From the NCBI GenBank assembly GCA_963799845.1, contig CAWCYI010000004.1, positions 2,074,643-2,138,642 on the forward strand: a DNA stretch of 64,000 nt, read 5' to 3'. Of the stretch, positions 1-10,496 are shown in pieces. Numbering within the stretch: position 1 is the stretch's first letter; each line of letters begins with the position of its first letter. This DNA comes from an uncultured Nitrososphaerota archaeon (GTDB lineage Archaea > Thermoproteota > Nitrososphaeria > Nitrososphaerales > CADDZS01). A model generated the notes under the pieces. The model made no database searches. It worked only from the letters and a program-made list of their open reading frames with translations, and was not told where the DNA came from. Made by a program: the position numbers and the translations under genes.

Positions 1-109
1 AGTATGAAATCAAATTTCAATCTAGATTTTGAGTAGATCATGGAATTTAAGCATTTGAAGATCCGTTCCATTCATTTTCACTTCAGGCTTTTTGATCTTG
101 ATTAGAAAT

Positions 110-391
110 TCATAACCGAATCATAATATCTTCAAACTGTAATATGAAAAATGGGATCAAGTCCGTCATGATTGACTGGAACGGATGGATTAACGGTAAT
201 GACCAAAAAAATTCAGATGAGAGATTTCTCAGGTAATATATCCAGTGCAAAGGAGAATCGCTCGTTACCTTTTGTACTTGAGGGCTACTTATCGCGAAAC
301 TCAGAAAATATCTGAATAAGCCTGCCGCGATAATTAGCAAAACCACAACTACACTGACAGCTTTAGTGATTCCAGACCTAGTTGACTTCAA
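110..391 (-). CDS. membrane protein with class III (prepilin-like) signal, probably frameshifted
   Basis: N-terminus MKSTRSG|ITKAVSVVVVLLII; C-terminal part looks out of frame. Confidence 0.4.
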   Translation of the reverse strand: MKSTRSGITKAVSVVVVLLIIAAGLFRYFLSFAISSPQVQKVTSDSPLHWIYYLRNLSSEFFWSLPLIHPFQSIMTDLIPFFILQFEDIMIRL

Positions 392-660
392 GCTTGGAAC
401 TGATCGGGTGCTATTGCGTATTTTAGACTAATCAGTAGTTTGCCTTCGCTTGACAGTTGTAAGGTCCGAGACGCTCCCATTTCTCTACAGATGATGTGTA
501 GAGAAATGAGGGGGAGTCGGAGGAATAACAATAATGACACGGCTACTGAGCTCATAATGACAGTCAAGATGAAAGCGTCATTCGTAAAAAGGATCCGAAA
601 TGAATAGCGAAGATCTCGATTACTAGTTTTCTTGTGCAATCCCATCACGACTTTGTAAAG

Positions 661-1314
661 CTAAGATTCGCTACTATTCGTTGAGGCCCAAACTATTTGA
701 TTTGCAAGAGTACCAATAGCTTCGGAATTACTGATGTAGAGACAGGGAAATCCTGCAGGAACAGCAGTGGCATTTCCCACTGCAAGTTCCATCACGTCTT
801 GGCACTGAATCATTTCGGGATAAGAGAACCCTTGCGGCTGAATAAAATAAAGATGAGACTTGGCTTCACTGGTTGGTGTTATCGTGAAGAAAACGTAATC
901 TCCTAGCGGGGATATGATGCCCACATTTGGACTTAAACCAAGCAGAGTCGTAAGAGTTGAAACATACGTTTCAGTAGCCGTGATTGCAAAGTCGGAAGTT
1001 GCAAGTACGAGATGAGTAGCATTAGTTCCTGGAACGTTGTGGTACGTTAAGATTGTTATAGCGTCTTTGGGAACGAAGACGGATAATTTTGGCGAGTCAT
1101 AATAGAAAAATTTGGCACAGATATTGAGGGTCTCTCCTTGGTTAAGTTGGACTGATGTGACATTGCTAATCGCCCCAGAACTCGACGAACACTTACCAGC
1201 AGCGTAATTTGCAGAGCTCGCAAGAATTGATGTTGTGAGAATTGATGTTGCCGACAAAACTATGATTGTGGAAAGGAATGCTACTCCAGATTTTGTTCTT
1301 AGTTGAGATTGCAA
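661..1314 (-). CDS. secreted/membrane-anchored Cys-containing protein (family A)
   Basis: Hydrophobic N-terminus after KSG; clear paralog of 23859..24527 (LNICA.FFYY, MIQCQ.VME.AVGNATA, LANQIVW). Confidence 0.8.
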   Translation of the reverse strand: MQSQLRTKSGVAFLSTIIVLSATSILTTSILASSANYAAGKCSSSSGAISNVTSVQLNQGETLNICAKFFYYDSPKLSVFVPKDAITILTYHNVPGTNATHLVLATSDFAITATETYVSTLTTLLGLSPNVGIISPLGDYVFFTITPTSEAKSHLYFIQPQGFSYPEMIQCQDVMELAVGNATAVPAGFPCLYISNSEAIGTLANQIVWASTNSSES

Positions 1315-1346
1315 TAGAAACTTGACCCAAACTTGGATGTTGGAAA

Positions 1347-1985
1347 ATGAGACTAATAGTTATGTCAGAACGATCGGGTAAAAGTATATACCAGTTTAAC
1401 GGAGTATCCTGGGAAAATAGACTAAAAGCGGACGACATTTTGCTTCAAAGAAGAGTACTCAAAATCATAGCTCTGACTCTTCTAATCGTCGCATCTATCG
1501 TGACTGCACTCTTGTTACTAACTTTGTCTTACCACTCACAAGGTTTGAGCTCTTACGGTAGTCCACCACAGAATTCTACTATTGCTAAGATTGCATTTGA
1601 CTATCGATACGACCTCTGCATTTCCACGGTTGTCGTTTGGTTATTAGTTGCGGCGTTCGGCTCGTGGGTCTGGAAGGGGAGAACTAGGATTGCTTGGAAA
1701 GAAACTGGTTTTGACAAGGATGTCTTTGATCTTTTAATGAAGATGAAAGGCGGGAATAGCCGATTGAAGGTCATGCATGCCCTAGTTTCTAAGTCCAAAG
1801 ATAGATTGCAGCTTTCAAACGAACTCCAAATGGATTGGAAGACAATAGACCGTCACATCAAGATCCACAATGAATATGGTCTAGTCAAAGAACAGACGAG
1901 CTATGGAAATAATGTGAAATTCTACATGCTGACTGAAAAGGGGAGCAGTATTTCCGAGCTCGTAGAAAAATTATCAGAGAACTAA
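1347..1985 (+). CDS. membrane-anchored winged-HTH (ArsR-like) transcriptional regulator
   Basis: Two TM segments, then MKGGNSRLKVM...RLQLSNELQMDWKTIDRH...YMLTEKG wHTH pattern. Confidence 0.8.
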   Translation: MRLIVMSERSGKSIYQFNGVSWENRLKADDILLQRRVLKIIALTLLIVASIVTALLLLTLSYHSQGLSSYGSPPQNSTIAKIAFDYRYDLCISTVVVWLLVAAFGSWVWKGRTRIAWKETGFDKDVFDLLMKMKGGNSRLKVMHALVSKSKDRLQLSNELQMDWKTIDRHIKIHNEYGLVKEQTSYGNNVKFYMLTEKGSSISELVEKLSEN

Positions 1986-2072
1986 CTAACAACCCAGTCT
2001 AGGAAGAGTAGGAGATTGCGAACAGCAGGCTACCAAGATTTCTTGAAATCCTGTTCTTCTGCAAGTAATCTC

Positions 2073-2089
2073 TACCCCAAACTTTGGGT
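2073..2089. promoter_or_regulatory. imperfect palindrome, putative wHTH operator
   Basis: ACCCCAAACTTTGGGT; similar ACCCAAACTTGGAT at ~1326 upstream of the regulator. Confidence 0.3.
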
Positions 2090-2239
2090 CGGCTCTATGT
2101 CTGAGGCGGCCAACCATTTACTTTTGGCATAAACGGTGTTCTATGAACTAGAGCCTTATAGGACTCATCCGCGAGAAAATGAAGGTAGATGAATGGAGTC
2201 TAAGTTTGTTTCCAGTGCGACTGTCGGAGCATAATTCAA

Positions 2240-3299
2240 ATGAGAATCAGATCAGCTATCAGTCGAATCGCATCCTTACCAATAGTAGTAGTGGTGATTA
2301 TTCTTGTATCCACTGGGGTTTTTGGAATTTATCTTAGCCAAATTGTTCCAGAGAGTAATACTGGCAGTACCTCATATTCAGTGACCGTTCTAACGACCGA
2401 GCTCCCTAGTCCTTCGATTTCTCAAACTGTAAACACTTTACTGACCACAAGTAGTAGCACGTGTTATTCTTTGGCTTTGCCTAGGAATGAGACTGTCACT
2501 ACGAAAACCAATTCAATGCAGACAATGATATTCAATGTAACAGATTATTTCGACGCTGGAAATTGGGTTAGCTTTCTTGGTAGCCCCATACATTTTTCTT
2601 CGTATACTTTCGTAGCATACTCTCCGAATTCAACAACCGTGGGAGGGACAGACTATTTTTCAGACAGAGCCGCAGTTCTTCGTTAACGTTTCGGAAAGCG
2701 GAAGCTCAAGCGCGGTAAGCAATATTCAAACGGGAGCCTGGACAGGATTTCCTACTCTAGTCGGAATCGGAAGCCAATGGCCGCCAGTTCTGTCGCCCTC
2801 CAACGCACAAATTCTCTTCGACGGTAATGTGACCATGCAATTTCTATTTCCTTGCAACACTCGAAGCGTAATGTTCGAGATAGATGTGGCCACAAACAAG
2901 AGTCAAACTGTAACGACAACCACGACTCTGAATTCCCACACGACATCTCCTTCCGTCATTTGCACCTTCCCTGGGCAGTCTATGGGTCTCGACATGAGTA
3001 TACTTTCCGATTCTTCATCAACTCCTGTTGTTGGGGCGAATGTTACTGCTATCTACGAGTTCAATGGAAGTTGTAGCGGCGGATTTCAGCAGAGACAGAC
3101 GACTCGAACTTTTACAACAAACGATACTGAATGGTACTACCTGGATGGCCTCAATGATGGGAATTACACATTTTCGATCAATTATTCCGATCACAATTAC
3201 AATTTCACCGCCGAACTCAGGCCTTCAGTTTATACATGTGCAATATTGTTTCTTCCCTCTGGAAAGACAAACGTCACTTTTACTCCAGTATCATGCTGA
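2240..3299 (+). CDS. Ser/Thr-rich secreted protein with class III-like signal; frameshift at T-run ~2656-2660
   Basis: Removing one T joins ORF 2240..2686 to an open frame (QTEPQFFV...) running into ORF 2829..3299. Confidence 0.7.
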
Positions 3300-3324
3300 T
3301 CATTTTGGGAGTGAAGCGAGCGTT

Positions 3325-3993
3325 TTGATTCGTAAGCAAAATTCATCTCGGCTAGTGTTGTTGTTTCCTGTGCTCCTAGTATTGATATTCGGGATATTCG
3401 TTGCGCACGTTACGTCGTCATCGACGATTGCAGACTCAGTTTTTCAGGTCGCCAGAATCAATCCATTAGCTCCTGGACTAAAACTGTCTCTTTCAATTTC
3501 CAATCCTGTGATATTCAGCGGAGATAGCATTGGAATCACGATCAGCGAGTCTAACACCCAGACGACTCCAGTCAACATGAACTTTTCCAGCAATTGGCCC
3601 GTGGAAGGTCTGAGCCTATCAATATGCGGAAGGTTGGGATCTCCATTTGCGTTCGGCGTCGCGCAGGGTTACTACACCATATCTAACATTTCCTCAGCCG
3701 AAATGCTGGACATATTCGCACCCACAAGCTTCCCAATGACAGATTGTGCGCCGTCTCTCTTCAATGCCAGTTCGTACATATTTCAATCGCAGAGCAACAT
3801 TGTCTCGATAGTGTATCCCTTGCTGGAATCTCAACCCCAGATATACAACGAATCGGACGAAGCTTCTGTCTCGGCGAATGGATATTTGCCGAACGTGGGA
3901 AACTGGACAGAGTTCCAAATGGGTACTTACACGGTCGTGGGGGGTGATGAGTGGGGAAATGTCGTGATACTTCACTTTGCCGTTACTCCTTAA
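3325..3993 (+). CDS. secreted protein (family B)
   Basis: Probable TTG start before the TM segment; C-terminus GTYTVVGGDEWGNVVILHF matches 45107 GEYSLLVGDIWGSYVILHF. Confidence 0.75.
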   Translation: MIRKQNSSRLVLLFPVLLVLIFGIFVAHVTSSSTIADSVFQVARINPLAPGLKLSLSISNPVIFSGDSIGITISESNTQTTPVNMNFSSNWPVEGLSLSICGRLGSPFAFGVAQGYYTISNISSAEMLDIFAPTSFPMTDCAPSLFNASSYIFQSQSNIVSIVYPLLESQPQIYNESDEASVSANGYLPNVGNWTEFQMGTYTVVGGDEWGNVVILHFAVTP

Positions 3994-4046
3994 GATTATT
4001 GAAAAATGAACATCTGCTTACTTCTGAAAGAAAAAGAACCTAGATA

Positions 4047-4750
4047 GTGACAGCGTTAGAAATGGGAATCTCAAATACTCCGACACGCCGAAGCTTGAAT
4101 GCAAGCGGAATTTCGAAAATCTCGCTCGCGGTGGTTGTATTGATCACCATATCCCTGGTTGTAGCGGCCAGCTACATATTTTCTTTCTATGAGACCAGCC
4201 CAGGAAGCCAATATCTGGCACAGTGCGACCCGAACTATAATCCATTCACCACTTTTACAAATACCTCGCAACTTGAGACTTTCAGTGCGATACGATGAAA
4301 CCTGATGACGTTGGAAAATTCTGCGCGAGTTACGGTATGTCTTCAGACAGTTCGTTCCAGTTGAATCTTGCAAACAAGTGGTCTGTTTTCTACGCAAACA
4401 ATAAGTCGGCGGTTCCCACCTCTCTCCTGCGCATATCCGCAGAACCGAACTCCGTAACCGTTCCAGCATTCTCCGACCAGAGTGGACCGAATACTGTGAC
4501 ATACGCTTTATTCACCATATCCACTTCAAACTCCTCTAAGGGATTCTACGCCATTTTCCTTCCAGGTTTCTGCTCATTCATGGGGCTGGAGGTGGGCTAC
4601 ACTCAAGTGAATTTTTCTGATTTTGAGTATTGGTATCAAACGCCAGTTTCAGGATGTACTTACGATGGTGGCGGGATCATATCAACCAGCGACAATGTTG
4701 GCGTGGCGTTCACGTCAATTCCGCTAAACGAGCAAAAATATTCTAGTTAA
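4047..4750 (+). CDS. secreted protein (distant family A), frameshift ~4292
   Basis: ORFs 4047..4298 (signal/TM) and 4295..4750 abut; FTI...Y.I...C..M.L.VG resembles 661. Confidence 0.6.
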
Positions 4751-5635
4751 TTTCAAAAGTTGACGACGATTGAGTGTTAGAAGATCGCGGGGTCAGGAAG
4801 TTCGTTGGTTCTAGGCAGTAGAAAACAAAATCTTATCCCCGAGTGCCGAGTTGATTAAAGACAAGTCTAGTATTTGGTCATCATCTTACTATCTTTAAGA
4901 CAAGTTACACTTTTTGAAATAGTTCCAGACCAGTCTCAAATAGAGAATCAAAACTAAACCTTGTTGCTAAAATTTAACAGAAAGTTGTGATCTTGACTAG
5001 ACTGACGCGAACCTATTGAAATGGGCTTTTCAACCAAGAAAGCGTCTCTTTCAGAGAAGCAGCTTTTCGCTCGATGAGAATTAACTTCTCAAATGTAGTT
5101 TTTTCTGTAGCAAGACCTCGTTCAGAGATTATCGTCACTACGAAGCCTTAGTCGCGAAATATTGCTAGATTCTGAGATAATCTCGTTTAGGAGACGAATG
5201 ATCGACTTTACGCCGTATTCATCAAGCTCCGAACGATCGTTGTACCGCTCGAATATTTTTTCTGGTCTCCTCGATTTTTGCGAAAAGAGGAGCCAAATCG
5301 GATTCGGGATGAACTCTATCGCTGGTTATAGCTTCTTCTGCCAAAATTTCGATTTCAGGGAGAAACTTTCTAACCGCTTCTTTCTTCATCTGTCCAGACA
5401 TATGAAGCAGTTCTCCTCAGCATTTTGAATAAGATCCATCCATTTAATCTCTCCTCAACTTTGTTCTCTGATGGGATTGTTGTAGATCTACAGGCGACCA
5501 ATGGGACGAGCGCGACATCCTTCATTTTTCGGTTGTTTAGTTCGGCAGAGACTGCAACTCCTACCTGATTGCTGATCAAGTGATCGAACAAATGAACAAT
5601 ATCAGAATTTTATATCTTTTTTCAAAGGGATAAAA

Positions 5636-6229
5636 TCACTGTGCGGTTACTGAACCAGAGTCAGACTGTCCGTTTGAGAAAATGATAACATAATTGAAGG
5701 CTCGACCAGCTATGACCCGTTGTTGGTTGACTGACTCTGGATAATAGGTGAAGGAAGTCCTTGTGCTGCCCATCACCGCGACGTTGCTATTTGGGTGAGT
5801 TGAACCAAAAAAGACAATCTGGTTCTTGGCTGAAGAAGGTTGGGTTGTATTATCCCAGTTGGTGAATGACACGTTATTTCCGCTTTACGAGAGAGTCAGA
5901 GCGGTGGTGTACGTGGGCGAACCAGGGTTGTTCAGAGTAAATTGGAGGCGTGATGTTGCCGCCAACGATGCGGTTGCCGACTCACCTGCGTGAAGAGTTA
6001 GGGTGGAAAGCGACATAGTCTCAACACTGTGACTTCCAATGCAATCGGAAAAGGGAGCCGAGCATCCGTATTGCTGCTGAAGATAGGATTCATACGCGGT
6101 ATGAGTCGAACATCCTAAATTATCGCACTCTTGCCAGGTGCTGAAAGCGACCACTGGTACATTTAGTCCGATGAAAAGAATCAGAAAGAAAAGTAAGATT
6201 GAAAGTGTAATCTTGATCCTTATTCTCAT
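5636..6229 (-). pseudogene. family C surface protein with in-frame TAA at 5885-5887
   Basis: Two ORFs in the same frame 12 nt apart; joined product is collinear with 12361..12936 (LNNPG...NGQSDSGSVTAQ). Confidence 0.7.
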
Positions 6230-6339
6230 GTCATTGTAGTGAATTCGTTTGTCTCGAATAATCCGTTTTCGATTTCATGATTCAGATTTGTGCTCCTAAA
6301 GACCAAAACATCAGTGGGCGACAAAAATACTTCAAAGGC

Positions 6340-6886
6340 ATGAGGGACCAAACAAAAACTTCACTGATCTTCAGTCTGGGTCTGATTATGATAGCGAGTT
6401 CTGCAAGCTTCGTGTATTTTACGCAACCATGCTCTTTTCCTAACATTTGCAGCGGCCACGTCAACACCGTGACACTTGCGTCAGCCACGCTTTACGCTGG
6501 ATCTACGAGCTTCCAATCGAATCGAGGGAAGGCAAGACTTCATGTTCACGCTCAATAACCCAGGTGCCGAAACTTACATTTCATCCCTATCTATGTGGCA
6601 GGATAATCAGACGATTTATTATGGAAATTCTACTAGCGTGATAGCAACAATTACTCCCGAAAATAGCATCCAGATATCTGCTTGGAAACTCCGTGGAAAT
6701 CAAACTAACGAAGTTAATTTCTCGATTCATTCACTAGTGAATTCAATCTCTTCAGGAATGGTGACTTCATTCAGCTTCTATCCCGATACCTCAACTCCAA
6801 TGAATTTCACAAAAGACGAGGTTTGGAATTATTCGATTCAATGCACCAACGGGCAGTCAGTTTCAGGATCACTCATTGCTCAGTAA
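6340..6886 (+). CDS. family C surface protein, +1 frameshift ~6541
   Basis: ATLYAG...ARL | MFTLNNPG...NGQSVSGSLIAQ, homologous to 12361 and 5636. Confidence 0.7.
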
Positions 6887-6914
6887 GCTGTAGGCTAGCT
6901 GAATTGAGTATGCA

Positions 6915-6966
6915 GCTGTTCTGATGACTAGAAACCATATAGGATGAATTTTTCGACATAACATAG
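6915..6966 (+). promoter_or_regulatory. archaeal BRE/TATA-like promoter for a leaderless gene, repeated
   Basis: CTGTTCT..ACTAGA..C.TATAGGA...TAG-ATGAA; also at ~10441-10496 and ~2135-2198. Confidence 0.55.
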
Positions 6967-7566
6967 ATGAAAGGTACAACAGTTCTTTCATTAGTAGGAG
7001 TCGCAGTCGTCATGCTTGTTATAGGAACAGCTCTGGGATCAGTCGCTTTCCCAGTGACCAAGACTGAGACAACTACACGACTGTCCTCTGTAACACTAAC
7101 TCAAACTGAAACATTGACTCAATCATCGAACACAACAATTTCTTCAACACCCTCCAATACCAAGACCTTATCATCCTCCTCTGGCACCGAGACGATCAAC
7201 ACGTGTGGCTCACAGATCGCGCTGAACGGTACTCAATACTGTTCTTTAGACGTAACAAACATTACGAGCATAGGCGTCCCAGGTTGGGCGACCATGAATC
7301 GATCTGTGGACTTCATGGGAGTGAATTTCAAGACTGTCTGTCAGGACAACGCAGGGAACTGTGGTTCCCAAAACGAAACCATGTTCATAGGCTTGGTTGT
7401 CTTTAACCTATCATTCAGTGATGGCTCCAACGAAAATGTCACTGCCTCGGCGACGTGCGCTGGAAGTCACTACTTTTTGTCGAAACATCAAAATCCCATC
7501 GCAGGCTTTCGCTTAGTCTGCTTCCAAGCGACCAGCCAGGTGTATCTGCTGGTTCAAGGTACGTAA
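6967..7566 (+). CDS. secreted protein with conserved leader (family D)
   Basis: First ~36 aa nearly identical to 10497 ORF; Thr-rich linker; Cys-containing C-terminal domain. Confidence 0.8.
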   Translation: MKGTTVLSLVGVAVVMLVIGTALGSVAFPVTKTETTTRLSSVTLTQTETLTQSSNTTISSTPSNTKTLSSSSGTETINTCGSQIALNGTQYCSLDVTNITSIGVPGWATMNRSVDFMGVNFKTVCQDNAGNCGSQNETMFIGLVVFNLSFSDGSNENVTASATCAGSHYFLSKHQNPIAGFRLVCFQATSQVYLLVQGT

Positions 7567-7595
7567 TCGTTGACAAGAAAATGATCTAGATTAGT

Positions 7596-7901
7596 TTGAG
7601 AAAAAGCAAAGTACTGTACGGGGTTTATCTTTTGGCGTTCTTTGTCTTGTTTGTGCCAATCGTGCCAATAGTGCCTATGAGCGTTCCTAACTTCTTAGTA
7701 TATGGAATTAGAGCTGAGTGCGCAGGGGGTCTTAATGCAGTAGCTACCAGCTGGATTGTCGGATCGATCTCTTATCGTTTAACTTACCGCCCTGGCATGA
7801 GTGGGGTTTCTCATTCTTGGGGAATGATCTACGTTCCCATGTGGTCATCGTTCTATTTTCTCCCTTACGAGTATTCAACAAAGAGTATAACTTGTCATTG
7901 A
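7596..7901 (+). CDS. small membrane protein
   Basis: N-terminal TM, FVPIVP motif similar to 43322. Confidence 0.6.
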   Translation: MRKSKVLYGVYLLAFFVLFVPIVPIVPMSVPNFLVYGIRAECAGGLNAVATSWIVGSISYRLTYRPGMSGVSHSWGMIYVPMWSSFYFLPYEYSTKSITCH

Positions 7902-7960
7902 ATTACATCGAGTAGTCGGAACCTTTTAGGATTTTCAAGTGCATTTCACTGTTGACTGAG

Positions 7961-8010
7961 TTTTATCAGTAAGAAATTTCGTTTTCAAATTGCCAAAGAC
8001 TTGACAGACC
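7961..8010. repeat. ~45-nt intergenic repeat, copy 1 of 3
   Basis: AAGAAATTTCGTTTTCAAATTGCCAAAGACTTGACAG; copies at ~9791-9837 and ~10388-10428. Confidence 0.75.
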
Positions 8011-8260
8011 TCGAAATAAGACCGAGAAGGGAGTTGAGGCGAGCTTAGTTAACCTTGCGCAGCAAAACTGGTCTCATGGTGGGAACTATCTAGCTCTCTC
8101 TGGGAATTCTAGCTGTTATTGCAACAGTTTCTCTTCCCTCTTTGTGATCGACTAAGAATCTAGAGCCACTAGGTGGTTATTGTCTGTTCTGACTAGTAGA
8201 ACATCCCTACGAAAGTCTAGTTTCAAATAATCTCTGCCTAAATCACTATCGGAAATTTTT

Positions 8261-9736
8261 GTGATCGTGGGGCGTACCGTAAGGAAACTGCACTCTTACT
8301 TACATTCATTTCCAAATTATCTTGGGCCAATCATTTTCGTCTCAACGCTTTCAATCTATCTTGCCACTCTAAACGGCGTGTGGGCGACAGACCATTCTAC
8401 AGCGATAGTAGAGTTCCAGTATTCGCTTTGGGCAAACCATTCCTTCATTCTTGGGAAGGTCGGTTCCTTTAACCCAGCGAGTGTGGACGTTTTCCAGTAT
8501 AAGGGAAACTACTACATGGCGAACGCCCCTGGAGTTGCTTTCTTCACTCTGCCGTTTGCTATCTTGGCATTCATTTTGAACGGACACTTTACAGTCTATG
8601 GAAATGTCCTGCTGCTAACCGAAGTTCCTATCGCGCTTGCAAATTCCGTGGCAGCTTACTTGGTCTTCAGAATAAGCAATTTCTATTTCAAGAAAGACGT
8701 TTCTGCCTTTCTCGCATTTTGTTACGCATTCTCCACCATAAGCTGGCCGTTTGCAACGTATCTGTTCCAGAGCGACGTTTCTGCCCTATTCGATCTTGTC
8801 GCGATGTACCTTTCGATCAAGATTAATCGCTCTAGCAATCGTCCAGAAGAAAATGGTGTTAACTATGTCTCGCACAATTTCGTTTTGCCGTTTCTCTGCG
8901 GACTTGCGATCGCCTGCGGTACTGTTGTCGACTATGTCAACGCAATCTTGATACCAATAGTCGGGTTGTATCTATTAGGCGTCTTGAGGAAGAAAAAGCG
9001 GATCGCTGTTTTGAAATCTTTCTTGGGATTTCTCTCAGGCTCAGTATTGGTTACTTTCTCGCTGCTTGGGCTGTTCAACTATCTGAGTTTTGGGAAAGTA
9101 CTGACAAGTTCCGAGCAGCTCTTTTTACATAGTTCAACAATTTTTGGAAATTTCAGTTTCCCAGTCGATATGGGCATTATCTTGAACCTATTTACTCCAA
9201 TGCGCGGGCTATTCTTCTATTCACCGATACTTATCCTCGGAGTCTGGGGGATGTGGAAAATGTTGAGGAATCCAGAACTTGACAGTGAAGCTTTCCTTTT
9301 TCTCGCGATCTTCCTGGGAATCTTGGGACTCTATTCAGCCTGGTACGACCCCACTGGAGGACTCTCGTTCGGCCCTCGGCTGATAATTTCCTCGATCCCA
9401 TTCCTTCTCATTCCGTCTGGATTCGTGATTTCAGGAGCGAAAGGAAAATACTCGTACACTTTTGTATATCTTCTATACGCAATCGGAATTGTAACGAGCG
9501 GAGTCGCGGCCTTTGTAGGAGTACTAGTTCCGCCAAGCAACGATTGGCTCACCTCGCCCTTCTTAACGACGACAATTCCGAGCTTTGTCTCCGATAATCT
9601 CGATACGTGGTGGAAATATTGTGTCGGCGATCTCTGGATGATAGTTGCAGCGTTCATCTTGGGATCTGCGCTCTTTCTCCCAATGATCGTAGGCTACCTA
9701 CTAGACAACGTTAGTACTTCAACGGAAAAAGTCTAA
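8261..9736 (+). CDS. multi-pass GT-C fold glycosyltransferase (PMT/ArnT-like)
   Basis: 491 aa, ~11 TM; motifs TDH, APG, FSTISWP, RGLFFYSP, W...GG.SFGPRL. Confidence 0.7.
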   Translation: MIVGRTVRKLHSYLHSFPNYLGPIIFVSTLSIYLATLNGVWATDHSTAIVEFQYSLWANHSFILGKVGSFNPASVDVFQYKGNYYMANAPGVAFFTLPFAILAFILNGHFTVYGNVLLLTEVPIALANSVAAYLVFRISNFYFKKDVSAFLAFCYAFSTISWPFATYLFQSDVSALFDLVAMYLSIKINRSSNRPEENGVNYVSHNFVLPFLCGLAIACGTVVDYVNAILIPIVGLYLLGVLRKKKRIAVLKSFLGFLSGSVLVTFSLLGLFNYLSFGKVLTSSEQLFLHSSTIFGNFSFPVDMGIILNLFTPMRGLFFYSPILILGVWGMWKMLRNPELDSEAFLFLAIFLGILGLYSAWYDPTGGLSFGPRLIISSIPFLLIPSGFVISGAKGKYSYTFVYLLYAIGIVTSGVAAFVGVLVPPSNDWLTSPFLTTTIPSFVSDNLDTWWKYCVGDLWMIVAAFILGSALFLPMIVGYLLDNVSTSTEKV

Positions 9737-9790
9737 CGGAACGGACATCAGTGGTCACGCAACGTGTCACAAGAGTTGGCGATCACCTGC

Positions 9791-9837
9791 TTTTGCAGGC
9801 AAGAATTTCCGTTTCAAATTACCGAAGACTTGACAGC
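9791..9837. repeat. ~45-nt intergenic repeat, copy 2
   Basis: AAGAATTTCCGTTTCAAATTACCGAAGACTTGACAG. Confidence 0.75.
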
Positions 9838-9909
9838 ATCCTAATTCTAGTCCTAGTTTGATACGATACAAATGTTTTCGGCCAATTAACTAGACGGACG
9901 CGAAACAAT

Positions 9910-10203
9910 TTACTCTGAAGTTTGATACCGAGATTCGATCTTGTCGAACCAAGGAATTATCGCTTCCATTGCATGAATGAAGGCGTAAAGACCGCCAGAA
10001 ATTCCGACAGCCAAGAGGATCATGTAAGCCCAAGAAAGAATAGGAGTGAAGAAAGTTGCAGGATAGAAGCAGGCAAAACATCCGTTGCTACTTGTTAATG
10101 CAAAGCCAAAACCACTGAGGCCTGATGCAACCCAACCAAATAGTCCAAAAAATAAAGCCCAAAACAAAATTAGAGCTATGGATATTTTATTGCGGTACTT
10201 CAT
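9910..10203 (-). CDS. two-TM membrane protein with CxxC loop
   Basis: TM-NGCFAC-TM. Confidence 0.6.
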   Translation of the reverse strand: MKYRNKISIALILFWALFFGLFGWVASGLSGFGFALTSSNGCFACFYPATFFTPILSWAYMILLAVGISGGLYAFIHAMEAIIPWFDKIESRYQTSE

Positions 10204-10387
10204 GTTAGTGGATATATTTCAACATGGCATGATTTAGGCTTTCTCCACTGAAGCGTTCTGGATTAGTATGATCAACTTGTTTGAACCCTCAACGATTATT
10301 CCCATAGCTCCAGTCAGGCTTGACTCTCTATCCTACGTGTTAAAGGATGGTATTGTGACGAAATCTGTGAAAGATTCAACACCGACT

Positions 10388-10428
10388 TTTCACAGCAAAA
10401 GAAATTTCGTTTCAAATTACCGATGACC
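10388..10428. repeat. ~45-nt intergenic repeat, copy 3 (3'-truncated)
   Basis: AAGAAATTTCGTTTCAAATTACCGATGAC. Confidence 0.7.
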
Positions 10429-10496
10429 TTCGGGGTGTAACGCTGTTCTGAAGACTAGAACCTTATAGGACGCCTTCGGGTAAAAATCAAGATTAG

